Positions 27,244-36,899 of a stretch of DNA of 46,609 nt are shown here, piece by piece. The translations under genes were made by a program, and so were the position numbers. The notes beneath the pieces were generated by a model. It made no database searches. It was given only the letters and a program-made list of their open reading frames with translations, and was not told the DNA's origin. Source of the stretch: an uncultured Muribaculaceae bacterium (GTDB lineage: Bacteria; Bacillota_I; Bacilli_A; RF39; UBA660); contig CAYJHI010000002.1 in NCBI GenBank assembly GCA_964370085.1, forward strand, positions 1 through 46,609, written 5' to 3'. Positions within the stretch are counted from its first letter, which is position 1; each line of letters opens with the position of its first letter.

Positions 27244-28371
27244 TTGAAAAAGAAATTACGTATGAAAAAGAGTTTGAAATTAGCTATTACTCTATTAATT
27301 TTGGGTATTGGCGGTTTTGTAGCATTTAATATTTATACTTCTTCACGTATTAGTGAATTTATTGAGCTTGGTTATAGTAGAGAAGCTAGTGCTGCAATTA
27401 TTGCAAAGGGAGTAGAAGAAGACTTTCGTGCAGAGAAATATAATGATACATTAAATGCTGTTGTAACTTATCCTGAATATGAACATGATAAGTTCAAAGT
27501 TTATAGAGACATTGTTTTCAGCGATGTGGATGATTTAGCTAATAATATTAATTTACTTAATGAAATGGGTTATGATAATACAGAAGTTTCTTATATTATT
27601 GGAGCAGGTAGTGATGAAGATATAGAATCTTTTATGGAACTAGGTAAACAAAGAAAAGTTAGAGATTTTTTAGAATATGACTTTTCACTTTTAAATAACT
27701 ATCAAAAATATGTTGATTATCAACTTGCTACAAGAGATAGAGATTTTGATGTTGTTATTAGAGTTAATTTAGGTTTTGATAAAGAGTTTTATGAGGACCC
27801 TAATATTATTGAAGAATTTTCGATTACTATGTTAGTTAATAAATATAATCAAATTAGTATAGATTTAGAGCCAACTGATTTGATCAAAATTGATGAAGAT
27901 TTCGTACGTATTAAAGGTGGTGAATATGTTCTTAATAAGGAAGCTGCCTTGGCATTTGAAGATATGGCTAGAGCTGCTAAAGAAGAAGATATGTTAATAG
28001 TTGCTAGTTTAGCGTATAGAAGTTACGAAGAACAAGAAGAAATTTTTAATGAATATGTAACTCTTTATGGAGAAGACGCTGCTCTTAAAGCAGTTGCTAA
28101 ACCGGGGTTTTCTGAGCACCAGAGTGGATTAGCCGTTGATGTTGCTAGTGCTAATGGTTATTCATTTAAAGATACTTTAGAGTTTACTTGGATGTTAGAT
28201 AATGCTTATAAGTATGGTTTTATTTATCGTTATCCTATAAGTGGTGTTGATGTTACTGGGTATAGTAATGAACCTGGTCATTATAGGTATGTTGGTGTAG
28301 AACTTGCTACTGATATATATGAATCAGGTCTTACTTTTGATGAATATTATGCTGTTTACTTAGATAATTAA
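27244..28371 (+). CDS. M15B/VanY-family D-alanyl-D-alanine carboxypeptidase with N-terminal membrane anchor
   Basis: The zinc site motifs are SEHQSGLAVD and EPGHYRY, and the anchor is LKLAITLLILGIGGFVAF. The start is probably TTG 27244 (AGGTGA 5 nt upstream). ATG 27262 is the alternative. Confidence 0.8.
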   Translation: MKKKLRMKKSLKLAITLLILGIGGFVAFNIYTSSRISEFIELGYSREASAAIIAKGVEEDFRAEKYNDTLNAVVTYPEYEHDKFKVYRDIVFSDVDDLANNINLLNEMGYDNTEVSYIIGAGSDEDIESFMELGKQRKVRDFLEYDFSLLNNYQKYVDYQLATRDRDFDVVIRVNLGFDKEFYEDPNIIEEFSITMLVNKYNQISIDLEPTDLIKIDEDFVRIKGGEYVLNKEAALAFEDMARAAKEEDMLIVASLAYRSYEEQEEIFNEYVTLYGEDAALKAVAKPGFSEHQSGLAVDVASANGYSFKDTLEFTWMLDNAYKYGFIYRYPISGVDVTGYSNEPGHYRYVGVELATDIYESGLTFDEYYAVYLDN

Positions 28372-28463
28372 TATCTTTTATTAGGACTTTTTGTTTGTAA
28401 GAAGTTCTTTTTTTTCTACTTTGTTTGTGTTAAAATATTAATAGAATAGAAAGTGGTGATATA

Positions 28464-30878
28464 ATGTATCCTATTGGCAAACAATTTGAATATGACTATA
28501 GTAAGGCTTTGTCTCGTGAGAAGGGTATTAAGAAGGGTCAAAAGTATCGTTTTACAGTTCTTTCAGAGAGATTAATTAGAATAGAATATCATCCTGAAGG
28601 TAAATTCATTGATAAACTTAGTCAATTTGCAATTAATCGTTATTTTGATGAGTGTCCTGTTACTGTTAAAGAGGATGATAATTTTTTGGAAATAACAACT
28701 AAGTATTATAAGCTATCTTATGTCAAAGAAAGTTCTTTTACAGCTGGTAAATTAGATCCTATGAAGAACTTAAAGATTCAACTTTTAAATATACCTACTG
28801 AGAAGAGCTGGTATGTTAATCATCCTGAAGTTAGAAACTTTGGTGGTAATCTTAATAGTTATGATGTTGAGAATAAGTATGCAAGAAGTAAGTCTTTATA
28901 TTCTTTAGATGGATTTGCTAGTTTTGATGATAGTAACTCTTTGTTAATTATGGAAGATGGTACTTTAGAACAAAGAGATGGTAAAGGTTTAGATATATAT
29001 GTTTTTATGTATAATAATGATTTTAAATTAGCACTTAATGATTATTATACTTTGACAGGTTTTCCTCCAATGATACCTCGTTATGCTTTAGGTAATTGGT
29101 GGAGTCGTAATGAAAAATATAGAGAAGAAGAAATTAAAGAATTAATAGATGATTTCAAATCTAATAAAATTCCATTGTCAATTTTGTTATTAGATACTGA
29201 TTGGCATATTAGAGATACAGAGTTAGGTCTTCATGCGAAGAGTGGATATACTTTTAATCCTACTTTGATTAGTAATCCTAAATCTGTTATTGACTATGCA
29301 CATGATAATAAACTTAAGTTAGGTTTGAAGAGTAATCCTAAAGAAGGTATATATCCGTATGAAACTTATTATTCTTTAATAGCACAAAACTTAGGTATAG
29401 AAGATAGTAAAATAATTATATTTGATCCACTTAATCCTAAATTTTTAGATGTTTTTATGAAGATTTTGTTACATCCTTTAGAAACTATGGGTGTTGACTT
29501 TTTTTGGAATGATTATGATGTAGCGAACAAGAATATTAATCAGTGGATTTTGAATCATTATATGTACTTAGATTCTGGACGTGTTCCTACTAAAAGAAGT
29601 ATGTTGTTAACTAGACCTACTACTTTAGTGGATCATCGTTATCCTATATCTTATTCTGGTAAAACATCTGTTAGTTGGAATACTCTGTCAGAACTTCCGT
29701 TTAGAAATATGAATATGGCTAATGCAGGTCTTTCATGGTGGAGTTTTGATGTTGGTGGTAATCATGGTGGAATAGAAGAAGATGAATTATATATTCGTTT
29801 TGTAGAACTTGGAGTTTTTTCACCAATATTTAGGTTTCATGCTGCACGTGGTAAGTATTATAAAAGAGAGCCTTGGCGCTGGAATATTAAAACTTATACA
29901 ATTGCAAAAGATTATTTATCTCTTAGACATCGTTTAATACCTTATTTATATACTGAAGCCTATAACTATCATAAGAAAGGTAGTACACTAATTCAACCTT
30001 TATATTATCAATTACCTTGGGTTTATGATGATGATAACTATAAGAATCAATATTTCTTTGGTTCACAGTTGTTAATCGCACCAATATTCAGAAAAAATGA
30101 TCCTATTATGAAACGTAATATTCATAGATTTTATATACCTGATGGTACTTGGTATGATTTTAAAACTGGTAAGAAGTTTCCAGGTGATAATAAGTATGTT
30201 TCTTTCTTTAAAGATGAAGATTATCCTGTGTTTGCAAAAAGTGGTGCAATTATACCTTTAGCAAATAATAAAGAACTTAATAATACTAATTCACCTGATG
30301 AAATGGAAATACATATTTTTCCAGGTAAGAGTAATATTTTCACTTTATATGAGGATGATGGCAATACATCACTACATAAAGATGGCTACTTTTTAAAAAC
30401 AGATATTGATTATAATTACTTACAAAATAATTATACTGTTATTATACGTTCTGTTGAAGGTAAAAGTGGTATTGTTCCGGATAAGAGAACTTATAAGATT
30501 CGTTTTAGAAATACAAAGAAAGCTGATGAAGTTATATGTTATTTTAATCAGTCTGTTGTTGAAACAACTTCTTATATTGATGAGAATGACTTTGTAGTTG
30601 AAATTAGTGATATTCAAACTATTGGTCAACTTACTATTAACTGTAAGGGTAAAGATATTGAAATAGATGCAGTCAGAGTTATTAAAGAAGATATTGATAG
30701 TATTTTATCTGACTTACAAATTAATACTTATTTAAAAGAGAAGATTGCTAATGTTATATTTGGGGATTTACCTATGAATAAGAAGCGTATTGAAATAAGG
30801 AAGTTGAAGAGACAAGGTTTAGTTAAAGAATATATGAAATTATTCTTAAAATTACTTGAATATATGGAACAATTATAG
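28464..30878 (+). CDS. Glycoside hydrolase family 31-like protein (cytoplasmic)
   Basis: The layout is GH31-like: PRYALGNWWSR, LLLDTDWH, GVDFFWNDYD, FDVGGN and ELYIRFVELGVFSPIFRFH..REPWRW. There is no signal peptide. It has Lys where the acid/base Asp is expected (see findings). Confidence 0.82.
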   Translation: MYPIGKQFEYDYSKALSREKGIKKGQKYRFTVLSERLIRIEYHPEGKFIDKLSQFAINRYFDECPVTVKEDDNFLEITTKYYKLSYVKESSFTAGKLDPMKNLKIQLLNIPTEKSWYVNHPEVRNFGGNLNSYDVENKYARSKSLYSLDGFASFDDSNSLLIMEDGTLEQRDGKGLDIYVFMYNNDFKLALNDYYTLTGFPPMIPRYALGNWWSRNEKYREEEIKELIDDFKSNKIPLSILLLDTDWHIRDTELGLHAKSGYTFNPTLISNPKSVIDYAHDNKLKLGLKSNPKEGIYPYETYYSLIAQNLGIEDSKIIIFDPLNPKFLDVFMKILLHPLETMGVDFFWNDYDVANKNINQWILNHYMYLDSGRVPTKRSMLLTRPTTLVDHRYPISYSGKTSVSWNTLSELPFRNMNMANAGLSWWSFDVGGNHGGIEEDELYIRFVELGVFSPIFRFHAARGKYYKREPWRWNIKTYTIAKDYLSLRHRLIPYLYTEAYNYHKKGSTLIQPLYYQLPWVYDDDNYKNQYFFGSQLLIAPIFRKNDPIMKRNIHRFYIPDGTWYDFKTGKKFPGDNKYVSFFKDEDYPVFAKSGAIIPLANNKELNNTNSPDEMEIHIFPGKSNIFTLYEDDGNTSLHKDGYFLKTDIDYNYLQNNYTVIIRSVEGKSGIVPDKRTYKIRFRNTKKADEVICYFNQSVVETTSYIDENDFVVEISDIQTIGQLTINCKGKDIEIDAVRVIKEDIDSILSDLQINTYLKEKIANVIFGDLPMNKKRIEIRKLKRQGLVKEYMKLFLKLLEYMEQL

Positions 30879-30884
30879 TATTAT
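30856..30884 (+). promoter_or_regulatory. Candidate promoter for the Leu T-box leader (TTGAAT-17-TATTAT)
   Basis: TTGAAT at 30856-30861, a 17-nt spacer, then TATTAT at 30879-30884. It spans the GH31 stop codon. Confidence 0.35.
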
Positions 30885-30890
30885 ATATTT

Positions 30891-31104
30891 TATATTTATT
30901 AGTACTTATGTAGTAGTAATTAATTGATTTTTAATAGAAACTCTATGGTTGATGGAAATAGAGATAATCAATTAATGAACTTGACATAGTAACAGTACTA
31001 CGCTTATTGAAGCGTTAAAAGAATGAAGTTGCATAAGTTTCTTATGAATTAAGGTGGTAACGCGGAGAGATTCGTCCTTATATTTATAAGGAACTTATTT
31101 TTTT
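30891..31104 (+). promoter_or_regulatory. T-box riboswitch leader, Leu specifier (CUU)
   Basis: The conserved T-box sequence AATTAAGGTGGTAACGCGG lies at 31047-31065. The terminator hairpin TCCTTATA/TATAAGGA plus T-run lies at 31075-31104. Stem I pairs TAGTACT..AGTACTA with an AG-bulge/distal-loop segment (AGAAACTCTATGGTTGATGGAAATAGAG). The specifier context AATGAA-CTT-GA places the codon at 30980-30982 and is parallel to the tyrS leader in this window. Confidence 0.85.
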
Positions 31105-31119
31105 AAAAAAGGAGAAGTT

Positions 31120-31557
31120 ATGGTAGAATTTATACTGTTTATATTAACTTTTGTATTTGCATTTGCATTATATTATGCTTTAGGTATTAGAAGAGAATAT
31201 GATCGTTTGTATGGGATACAAGTTATTGATAAGAAATTAGAAAATAAAGAATTGTCAGAGAAAAAGAGAATTCGTCTTGGTAAGAAGAAAGATAAATTAC
31301 TTAATATGAAGATGGCATCAGATATACTTTATATTACGGCGAGATATAAAATTAATGTTAAGAAGATTAATTATGTGTTGTTTTTAAATATTTTAGGTGT
31401 TACTAATGCTTTGTTTTTAGCAATAATAATTACTTTAGTATTAACGCTTGATAATATATTTTTACAGTTTTTAATAGCATTTGTGTTTTTCTTTGTGGTA
31501 ATCATATTTGCTTATCATATTATTGGAACACAATTTAAGAAGAGGGAGAAAAAATAA
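31120..31557 (+). CDS. Small membrane protein (hypothetical), first gene of the T-box-controlled leuS operon
   Basis: 145 aa with an N-terminal TM, a Lys-rich linker and two C-terminal TM segments. The RBS is AAGGAGAAG. Its TAA stop overlaps the leuS ATG (TAATG). Confidence 0.6.
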   Translation: MVEFILFILTFVFAFALYYALGIRREYDRLYGIQVIDKKLENKELSEKKRIRLGKKKDKLLNMKMASDILYITARYKINVKKINYVLFLNILGVTNALFLAIIITLVLTLDNIFLQFLIAFVFFFVVIIFAYHIIGTQFKKREKK

Positions 31558-33932
31558 TGTACGATTTTAAGAATATAGAAAATAAATGGAAGAAGTATTG
31601 GAATGATAATAAAACATTTAAGACGGATTTATATGATTTTAGTAAACCTAAGTATTATGCTTTAGATATGTTTCCTTATCCATCGGGAGTAGGTTTACAT
31701 GCAGGGCATGCTGAAGGGTATACTGCTACTGATATTGTCAGTCGTATGAAAAGAATGCAAGGTTTTAATGTGTTACATCCGATGGGATGGGATGCTTTTG
31801 GGTTGCCGGCAGAACAGTTTGCAATTACTACAGGGAATCATCCTGATAGTTTTAATATTAAAAACATTGCAACATTTAAAGAACAGTTGATGTCTTTAGG
31901 ATTTAGTTTTGATTGGGATTTAGAGACTTCTACTACAGATCCGGAATTTTATAAGTGGACACAGTGGATTTTTAAACAACTTTATTTAGATGGTTATGCT
32001 AAACTTGTGGATATGCCTGTTAATTGGTGTGAAGGTTTAGGTACTGTGCTTGCAAATGATGAAGTTATAGATGGTAAGAGTGAACGTGGTGGCTATCCTG
32101 TTGTTCGCAAGAATATGAAGCAGTGGGTAATAGATATTCCTAAATATGCAGATAAGTTACTTGATGGTTTAAATGATTTAGATTGGCCAGAATCTACTAA
32201 GGAGATTCAAAGAAATTGGATAGGTAAGAGTATAGGTGCTCATGTTACTTTTCAAATTGATAATTTTGATGAAAAATTTACGGTTTTTACAACAAGAGCG
32301 GACACTTTGTTTGGTGCAACCTATTGTGTGTTGTCACCGGAGCATGTGTTAGTTGACAAAATTGTTACTAGTGAACATAAATTGGAAGTTGACACTTATA
32401 AAAAACAATGTGCTTCTAAATCAGACTTAGAAAGAACTGACCTTAACAAAAACAAGACGGGTGTCTTTACAGGTGCGTATGCAGTTAATCCTGTCAATCA
32501 AGAATTGATACCTATTTGGATAGCGGATTATGTGTTAGCTAGTTATGGTACTGGAGCGATTATGGCTGTTCCTGCTCATGATGAAAGAGATTATGAGTTT
32601 GCTAAGAAGTTTGATCTTTCAATTATTGAGGTAATTGATGGTGGTAATATAGAAGAATGTGCTTATGTAGGTGATGGTCTTCATATTAATTCTGGATTTT
32701 TAGATGGTCTTAATAAAGAAGATTCTATTAATAAAATGATTGCGTGGTTAGAAGAAAATAAACTTGGTAAAAAACAAGTTAATTATCGTTTAAGAGAATG
32801 GATATTTGCAAGACAAAGATATTGGGGAGAGCCTATTCCTATTATTCATAATGAAGATGGTTCTATTAGTGTTTTAGAAGATAGTGAGTTACCTCTTGTT
32901 TTACCTGAACTTACTGATTATGCTCCTAAGAATGGCAAGAGTCCTTTAGATGCTGCAACTGATTGGGTTTCTTATAAGGGTGGTCGTAGAGAGACTTCTA
33001 CTATGCCAGGTAGTGCGGGTTCTAGTTGGTATTTCTTAAGATATTTAGATCCTCGTAATAATAGTTGTTTTGCAGATCCAGAGTTAGTTAAACACTGGAT
33101 GCCAGTTGATTTATATGTAGGGGGTCCTGAACATGCAGTTGGGCACTTATTATATTCTAGAATGTGGAATAATTACCTATATGATAAAGGTTTAGTATCA
33201 GTAGCAGAACCATTTAAAAAGTTAGTTCATCAAGGGATGATCCTTGGTTCTAATGGCATTAAAATGGGTAAAAGATTTCCTGATTATGTTATTAATCCTA
33301 CTGATATAATCAATAAATATGGTGCGGATACTTTGCGTCTTTATGAAATGTTTATGGGACCTATAGAAGCTGATAAACCATGGAATGATCAAGCTGTTGA
33401 AGGTGCTCATCGTTTCTTAGAAAGAGTTTATCGTCTTTATGAAGAAAAGATTGTGGATAAAGATATTGCATCTTTAGAAAGTATTTTCCACAAAACTGTT
33501 AAAAAAGTAACAGACGATTATGAAAAACTTAGTTTTAATACTGCTATATCACAAATGATGATTTTTATTAATGCTGTTTATAAAGAAGAATTTTTTCCTA
33601 AGAAGTATGCTTTAGAATTTATTAAATTATTAAATCCAATATGTCCTTTTATGACAGAAGAATTATGGAATAACTTAGGAAATGATGGTTCTATCGCGTA
33701 TCAAGAATGGCCGAAGTATGATTTAGATAAAACAATTGATGCAACGAGAGAGATTGCTGTTCAAGTTAATGGGAAAGTAAGAGGAACAATCGAAATTAGT
33801 ATTGATGAAGAAGAAGATGTGATTAAAGAAAAAGCTTTATCACTGTCTAATGTTTTAGTTCATACTGAGAATAAACAGATTATTAAAGTTATTGTTATAA
33901 AAGGTAAGATTGTTAATATTGTTGTTAAATAA
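31557..33932 (+). CDS. leuS: Leucine--tRNA ligase
   Basis: It has a HIGH-type motif ([10 protein letters not shown]), CP1 editing motifs ([12 protein letters not shown]) and a KMSKS-type loop (KMGKR). The end-to-end organisation is LeuS-like. Confidence 0.97.
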   Translation: MYDFKNIENKWKKYWNDNKTFKTDLYDFSKPKYYALDMFPYPSGVGLHAGHAEGYTATDIVSRMKRMQGFNVLHPMGWDAFGLPAEQFAITTGNHPDSFNIKNIATFKEQLMSLGFSFDWDLETSTTDPEFYKWTQWIFKQLYLDGYAKLVDMPVNWCEGLGTVLANDEVIDGKSERGGYPVVRKNMKQWVIDIPKYADKLLDGLNDLDWPESTKEIQRNWIGKSIGAHVTFQIDNFDEKFTVFTTRADTLFGATYCVLSPEHVLVDKIVTSEHKLEVDTYKKQCASKSDLERTDLNKNKTGVFTGAYAVNPVNQELIPIWIADYVLASYGTGAIMAVPAHDERDYEFAKKFDLSIIEVIDGGNIEECAYVGDGLHINSGFLDGLNKEDSINKMIAWLEENKLGKKQVNYRLREWIFARQRYWGEPIPIIHNEDGSISVLEDSELPLVLPELTDYAPKNGKSPLDAATDWVSYKGGRRETSTMPGSAGSSWYFLRYLDPRNNSCFADPELVKHWMPVDLYVGGPEHAVGHLLYSRMWNNYLYDKGLVSVAEPFKKLVHQGMILGSNGIKMGKRFPDYVINPTDIINKYGADTLRLYEMFMGPIEADKPWNDQAVEGAHRFLERVYRLYEEKIVDKDIASLESIFHKTVKKVTDDYEKLSFNTAISQMMIFINAVYKEEFFPKKYALEFIKLLNPICPFMTEELWNNLGNDGSIAYQEWPKYDLDKTIDATREIAVQVNGKVRGTIEISIDEEEDVIKEKALSLSNVLVHTENKQIIKVIVIKGKIVNIVVK

Positions 33933-33954
33933 GAGGTGTAATTCCTCTTTTTTT
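33931..33954 (+). terminator. Rho-independent terminator after leuS
   Basis: AAGAGG-TGTAATT-CCTCTT hairpin plus a T-run. Confidence 0.8.
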
Positions 33955-33982
33955 GTGATACAATTTTATTGTAGAGGTACTT

Positions 33983-35215
33983 ATGATAGATAGATTATTA
34001 GAAGATTATATTGATAAAACGCGAAAAGAATTATATATGAGTAGTGAGATTGAAAAAGAAGAATTTGTTTCTTCTTTTAGAAGTGAATTAAATTCTTTAG
34101 AAATGGGAATCTTTAATGTTTTAGAAGATAATGGTATTAATACTAGAGGAATCTATATATCAGATATTATTGCCTATGGTATCTTTCAACCTATTTTATT
34201 AGGTCATAAGAAAACAATGGAATTATCTTCCTTTCAAATACAAGATTTGAATAATAGAAATATTGCTTTATATCAAGATGTTGATAATAATAAAGAGAAA
34301 TTAACTTCATCTGTTTTACAAGTAGAAGAGGAGTTTAATAATATTGGTGTTGATTCAAATATTGTTTATGAACATTACGATGAAACGATGAGAGAAGTAT
34401 TGAATAAGCTTAGTTTAAGTGAATTTGAAGTGATTTCACAAGTGAAAAATACTTTTAATCGTTCTAAAGATGTAGTAGATAGTATTTTTATAGGTACTAG
34501 CAAGCAATTTATTAACCAAAATAAAGATGTTGTTTGTACTAGTCTTTTAGAAATGAATAATGCATTAAATATAAGATCTGGTGATGATAATTTTGTGTTT
34601 TTAGATAGTCTTTACGATGAAACTTTAGCTGTTTTTAGAGAAAATTTATATAGAGATTTAGAAAATGAGTTGACTGAAATAGTAGATGTAGATATACATA
34701 AATTACTTCCAGTTATCACAAGTGAAATAGAAGGGTCAGACTTTTCTAAAAACAATGAATTAATTAAAGAATTAGTTGTTGGTTATACTAAAGAAACTAA
34801 GGATAGAGTGAATATTACTAAAGAAGAACAGGCTTTTTTAGATGATAATTATTTGGATAATGTTCGTAGTAAGAATTTGGTTGTTTCTTTAGAAAAAGAA
34901 AATATAATGGAGAAGAGTTTGGCGTTTTCTGAATTTGAAAATTCATTATTTTCCACTTATAATATAGTGGATAATTTAGAATTATCTTTGAAAATTATGG
35001 ATGTTAAAGATTCGCTTGATCAATTAGTGGGAATTAAGATAGCTAATACTGTTACTACTTTAAATAATAATAGGGAAAGTAATATTTCTTTTACAGAAGC
35101 TTTGGTTGAAGTTGTTGATGCTAATAAGGATTTGAGTAATGGAGATATTAAAGAAATGTTTAATAAATCTAGTATGTCAACTATAAATAATGTTTCAGAA
35201 AAAAAGCTTCAATAG
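33983..35215 (+). CDS. Hypothetical acidic, predicted helical protein (410 aa)
   Basis: The ORF is long and uninterrupted for AT-rich DNA. The RBS is AGAGGT. No TM segment or recognisable motif. Confidence 0.6.
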   Translation: MIDRLLEDYIDKTRKELYMSSEIEKEEFVSSFRSELNSLEMGIFNVLEDNGINTRGIYISDIIAYGIFQPILLGHKKTMELSSFQIQDLNNRNIALYQDVDNNKEKLTSSVLQVEEEFNNIGVDSNIVYEHYDETMREVLNKLSLSEFEVISQVKNTFNRSKDVVDSIFIGTSKQFINQNKDVVCTSLLEMNNALNIRSGDDNFVFLDSLYDETLAVFRENLYRDLENELTEIVDVDIHKLLPVITSEIEGSDFSKNNELIKELVVGYTKETKDRVNITKEEQAFLDDNYLDNVRSKNLVVSLEKENIMEKSLAFSEFENSLFSTYNIVDNLELSLKIMDVKDSLDQLVGIKIANTVTTLNNNRESNISFTEALVEVVDANKDLSNGDIKEMFNKSSMSTINNVSEKKLQ

Positions 35216-35235
35216 CAGATAAGTTTAAATAAAAT

Positions 35236-35258
35236 GAGAGTTTTTTCGACTCTTTTTT
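35236..35258 (+). terminator. Weak terminator candidate
   Basis: GAGAGT-TTTTTCG-ACTCTT (5-6 bp stem) plus a T-run. Confidence 0.4.
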
Positions 35259-35284
35259 AGTTTATATTTAGATTGGTGATTATA

Positions 35285-35452
35285 ATGAAAGTGAAGATAT
35301 TTGATGAGATGCATGAAGAAGATTTAGAGAAAGCGATTAATAGTTTTTTAGAAGGTGATATAGATGTTGTTGATATTAAATATCAAGTTAGCATTTCTTG
35401 CTTTGGAGAAGAACAATTATATTGTTTTTCGGCAATGGTTATATATCACTAG
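35285..35452 (+). CDS. cse60: Cse60-like small sporulation protein (55 aa; not in the ORF track)
   Basis: My own translation gives MKVKIFDEMHEEDLEKAINSFLEGDIDVVDIKYQVSISCFGEEQLYCFSAMVIYH. From memory this matches the Cse60/YteV pattern (VK.FD..HE.DLE..N.FL....V.DIKYQ....EEQ.YCFSA...Y). GGTGA lies 5 nt before the ATG. Confidence 0.6.
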   Translation: MKVKIFDEMHEEDLEKAINSFLEGDIDVVDIKYQVSISCFGEEQLYCFSAMVIYH

Positions 35453-35496
35453 ACTTATTAAATGACAAAGTGATATAATTTAATTAAGGTGATGTA

Positions 35497-36870
35497 ATGA
35501 AAAAAATATTTTATTATTATATATTTGTTTTAATACTTCTTTTAATGGGGTTAAGTATCACTTATTCTTTTTTAGAACCAAAAGAAAGTTTGGAAGTTGG
35601 TAGACAATTATTATTTGTTGTACCTGTATTCTTTTTATATGTTGTTTTTATTCCGATTTTTATTGTTAAAGGAACGGGTGGTAAGTTAACTCTTTTCTTT
35701 ATTAATAGTAAATTGTTTAAAAAAATTGTCGTATATGAACTTCTTTCTATGTTGGTGTTGATAGGAATAAGTATTGTTTTTAGTTGGTTTCATTTTATAT
35801 TAATTATTATTGCAATAGTATTATTAGGAATTATTCAAATAATTATGAAAGTTTGTATAAAGGAGAAGATTCATCAAAATATAAACTTTGCTTTATGTGG
35901 AGCATATGCAATATTTTATTTAATTATAGTACTTATTTATAGTGGTAGTTTTGTTAATAATAATAATTTTATATTTATATTTTTTAATATGAGTGCTATT
36001 TTTATTATGTTAATTAGTTTTCTTATTTTCTTTTTACTTGGTAAAAGAAAAAAGAAACTTAAAACATTGAAACAGTATATAGATGTTGATAATATAAAGT
36101 TTATTAAAAGTAGTTCTTTTAATATGGATGTTAAATTATTTGTTATGGGTATTATTCTAGTACTTATTTACCGTGGTGTTGATTTTGTTATGATTAATGG
36201 TGCGATGGATACAGATATGGCTTTATTTTTATTTTATTCGTTCTTTTTACAAATTGTAATTATTTTTATTAGTCTTAATTATTTTAATAATTATTGTAAG
36301 GAGCCTATTTTTATTAAATTAAAGAAGCTTGTTCCTTTATTTGTAATATTAATATTTGCATCTTTAGAAATCGTTAATTTATTGTTTAGTAATGTAGATA
36401 ATGCTAGTTCGATTGTCAGTATTGATTTTTTTAGTAGTTTTATCATTGTATGTTTCTTATTGGTGGCTTTGTTTTTATATAGGGCTAAGAATTATAAACG
36501 ATTATTAATGGCTTTTATAGTGGTAATTGTTTTAAAATTATTAGGTAATGGTGTGTTTATTGCATTGTTTGATTATATAGGTTTTAGTCAAATGATAGGG
36601 GCTATATTTACTACGTTTTTAGCATATTTTGTAGGGTTTTTAGTGTTGATTTTACATAATGTTAGAGATATGAAAAGAGATACACAGAAGGTATTAGGAA
36701 CTTTGTTTAATTTATGTTTATTATTTGTGTTTTTAGCATTTATAATTGTGGTACTAAATAGTATTTTCTTTAATAGTTTTAGTACTAATCCTTTTAATTC
36801 TTTAGTTTCGTTGATAGTTATATACACTGTTACTTATTTTCTTTATAAACTTAGTTATGATTATTTATAG
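35497..36870 (+). CDS. Polytopic integral membrane protein (hypothetical, at least 10 TM)
   Basis: 457 aa, almost entirely hydrophobic segments, with a short KRKKKLKTLK loop. The RBS is AAGGTGA. It sits directly upstream of the MOP-family flippase gene. Confidence 0.65.
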   Translation: MKKIFYYYIFVLILLLMGLSITYSFLEPKESLEVGRQLLFVVPVFFLYVVFIPIFIVKGTGGKLTLFFINSKLFKKIVVYELLSMLVLIGISIVFSWFHFILIIIAIVLLGIIQIIMKVCIKEKIHQNINFALCGAYAIFYLIIVLIYSGSFVNNNNFIFIFFNMSAIFIMLISFLIFFLLGKRKKKLKTLKQYIDVDNIKFIKSSSFNMDVKLFVMGIILVLIYRGVDFVMINGAMDTDMALFLFYSFFLQIVIIFISLNYFNNYCKEPIFIKLKKLVPLFVILIFASLEIVNLLFSNVDNASSIVSIDFFSSFIIVCFLLVALFLYRAKNYKRLLMAFIVVIVLKLLGNGVFIALFDYIGFSQMIGAIFTTFLAYFVGFLVLILHNVRDMKRDTQKVLGTLFNLCLLFVFLAFIIVVLNSIFFNSFSTNPFNSLVSLIVIYTVTYFLYKLSYDYL

Positions 36871-36899
36871 TAATAGTGTATAATAATGGAAGAGGATGT

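Noticed and set aside
33261-33275. The LeuS KMSKS loop reads KMGKR.
   Set aside because: The catalytic second Lys is retained and the surrounding sequence is fully LeuS-like. I treat this as normal lineage variation.
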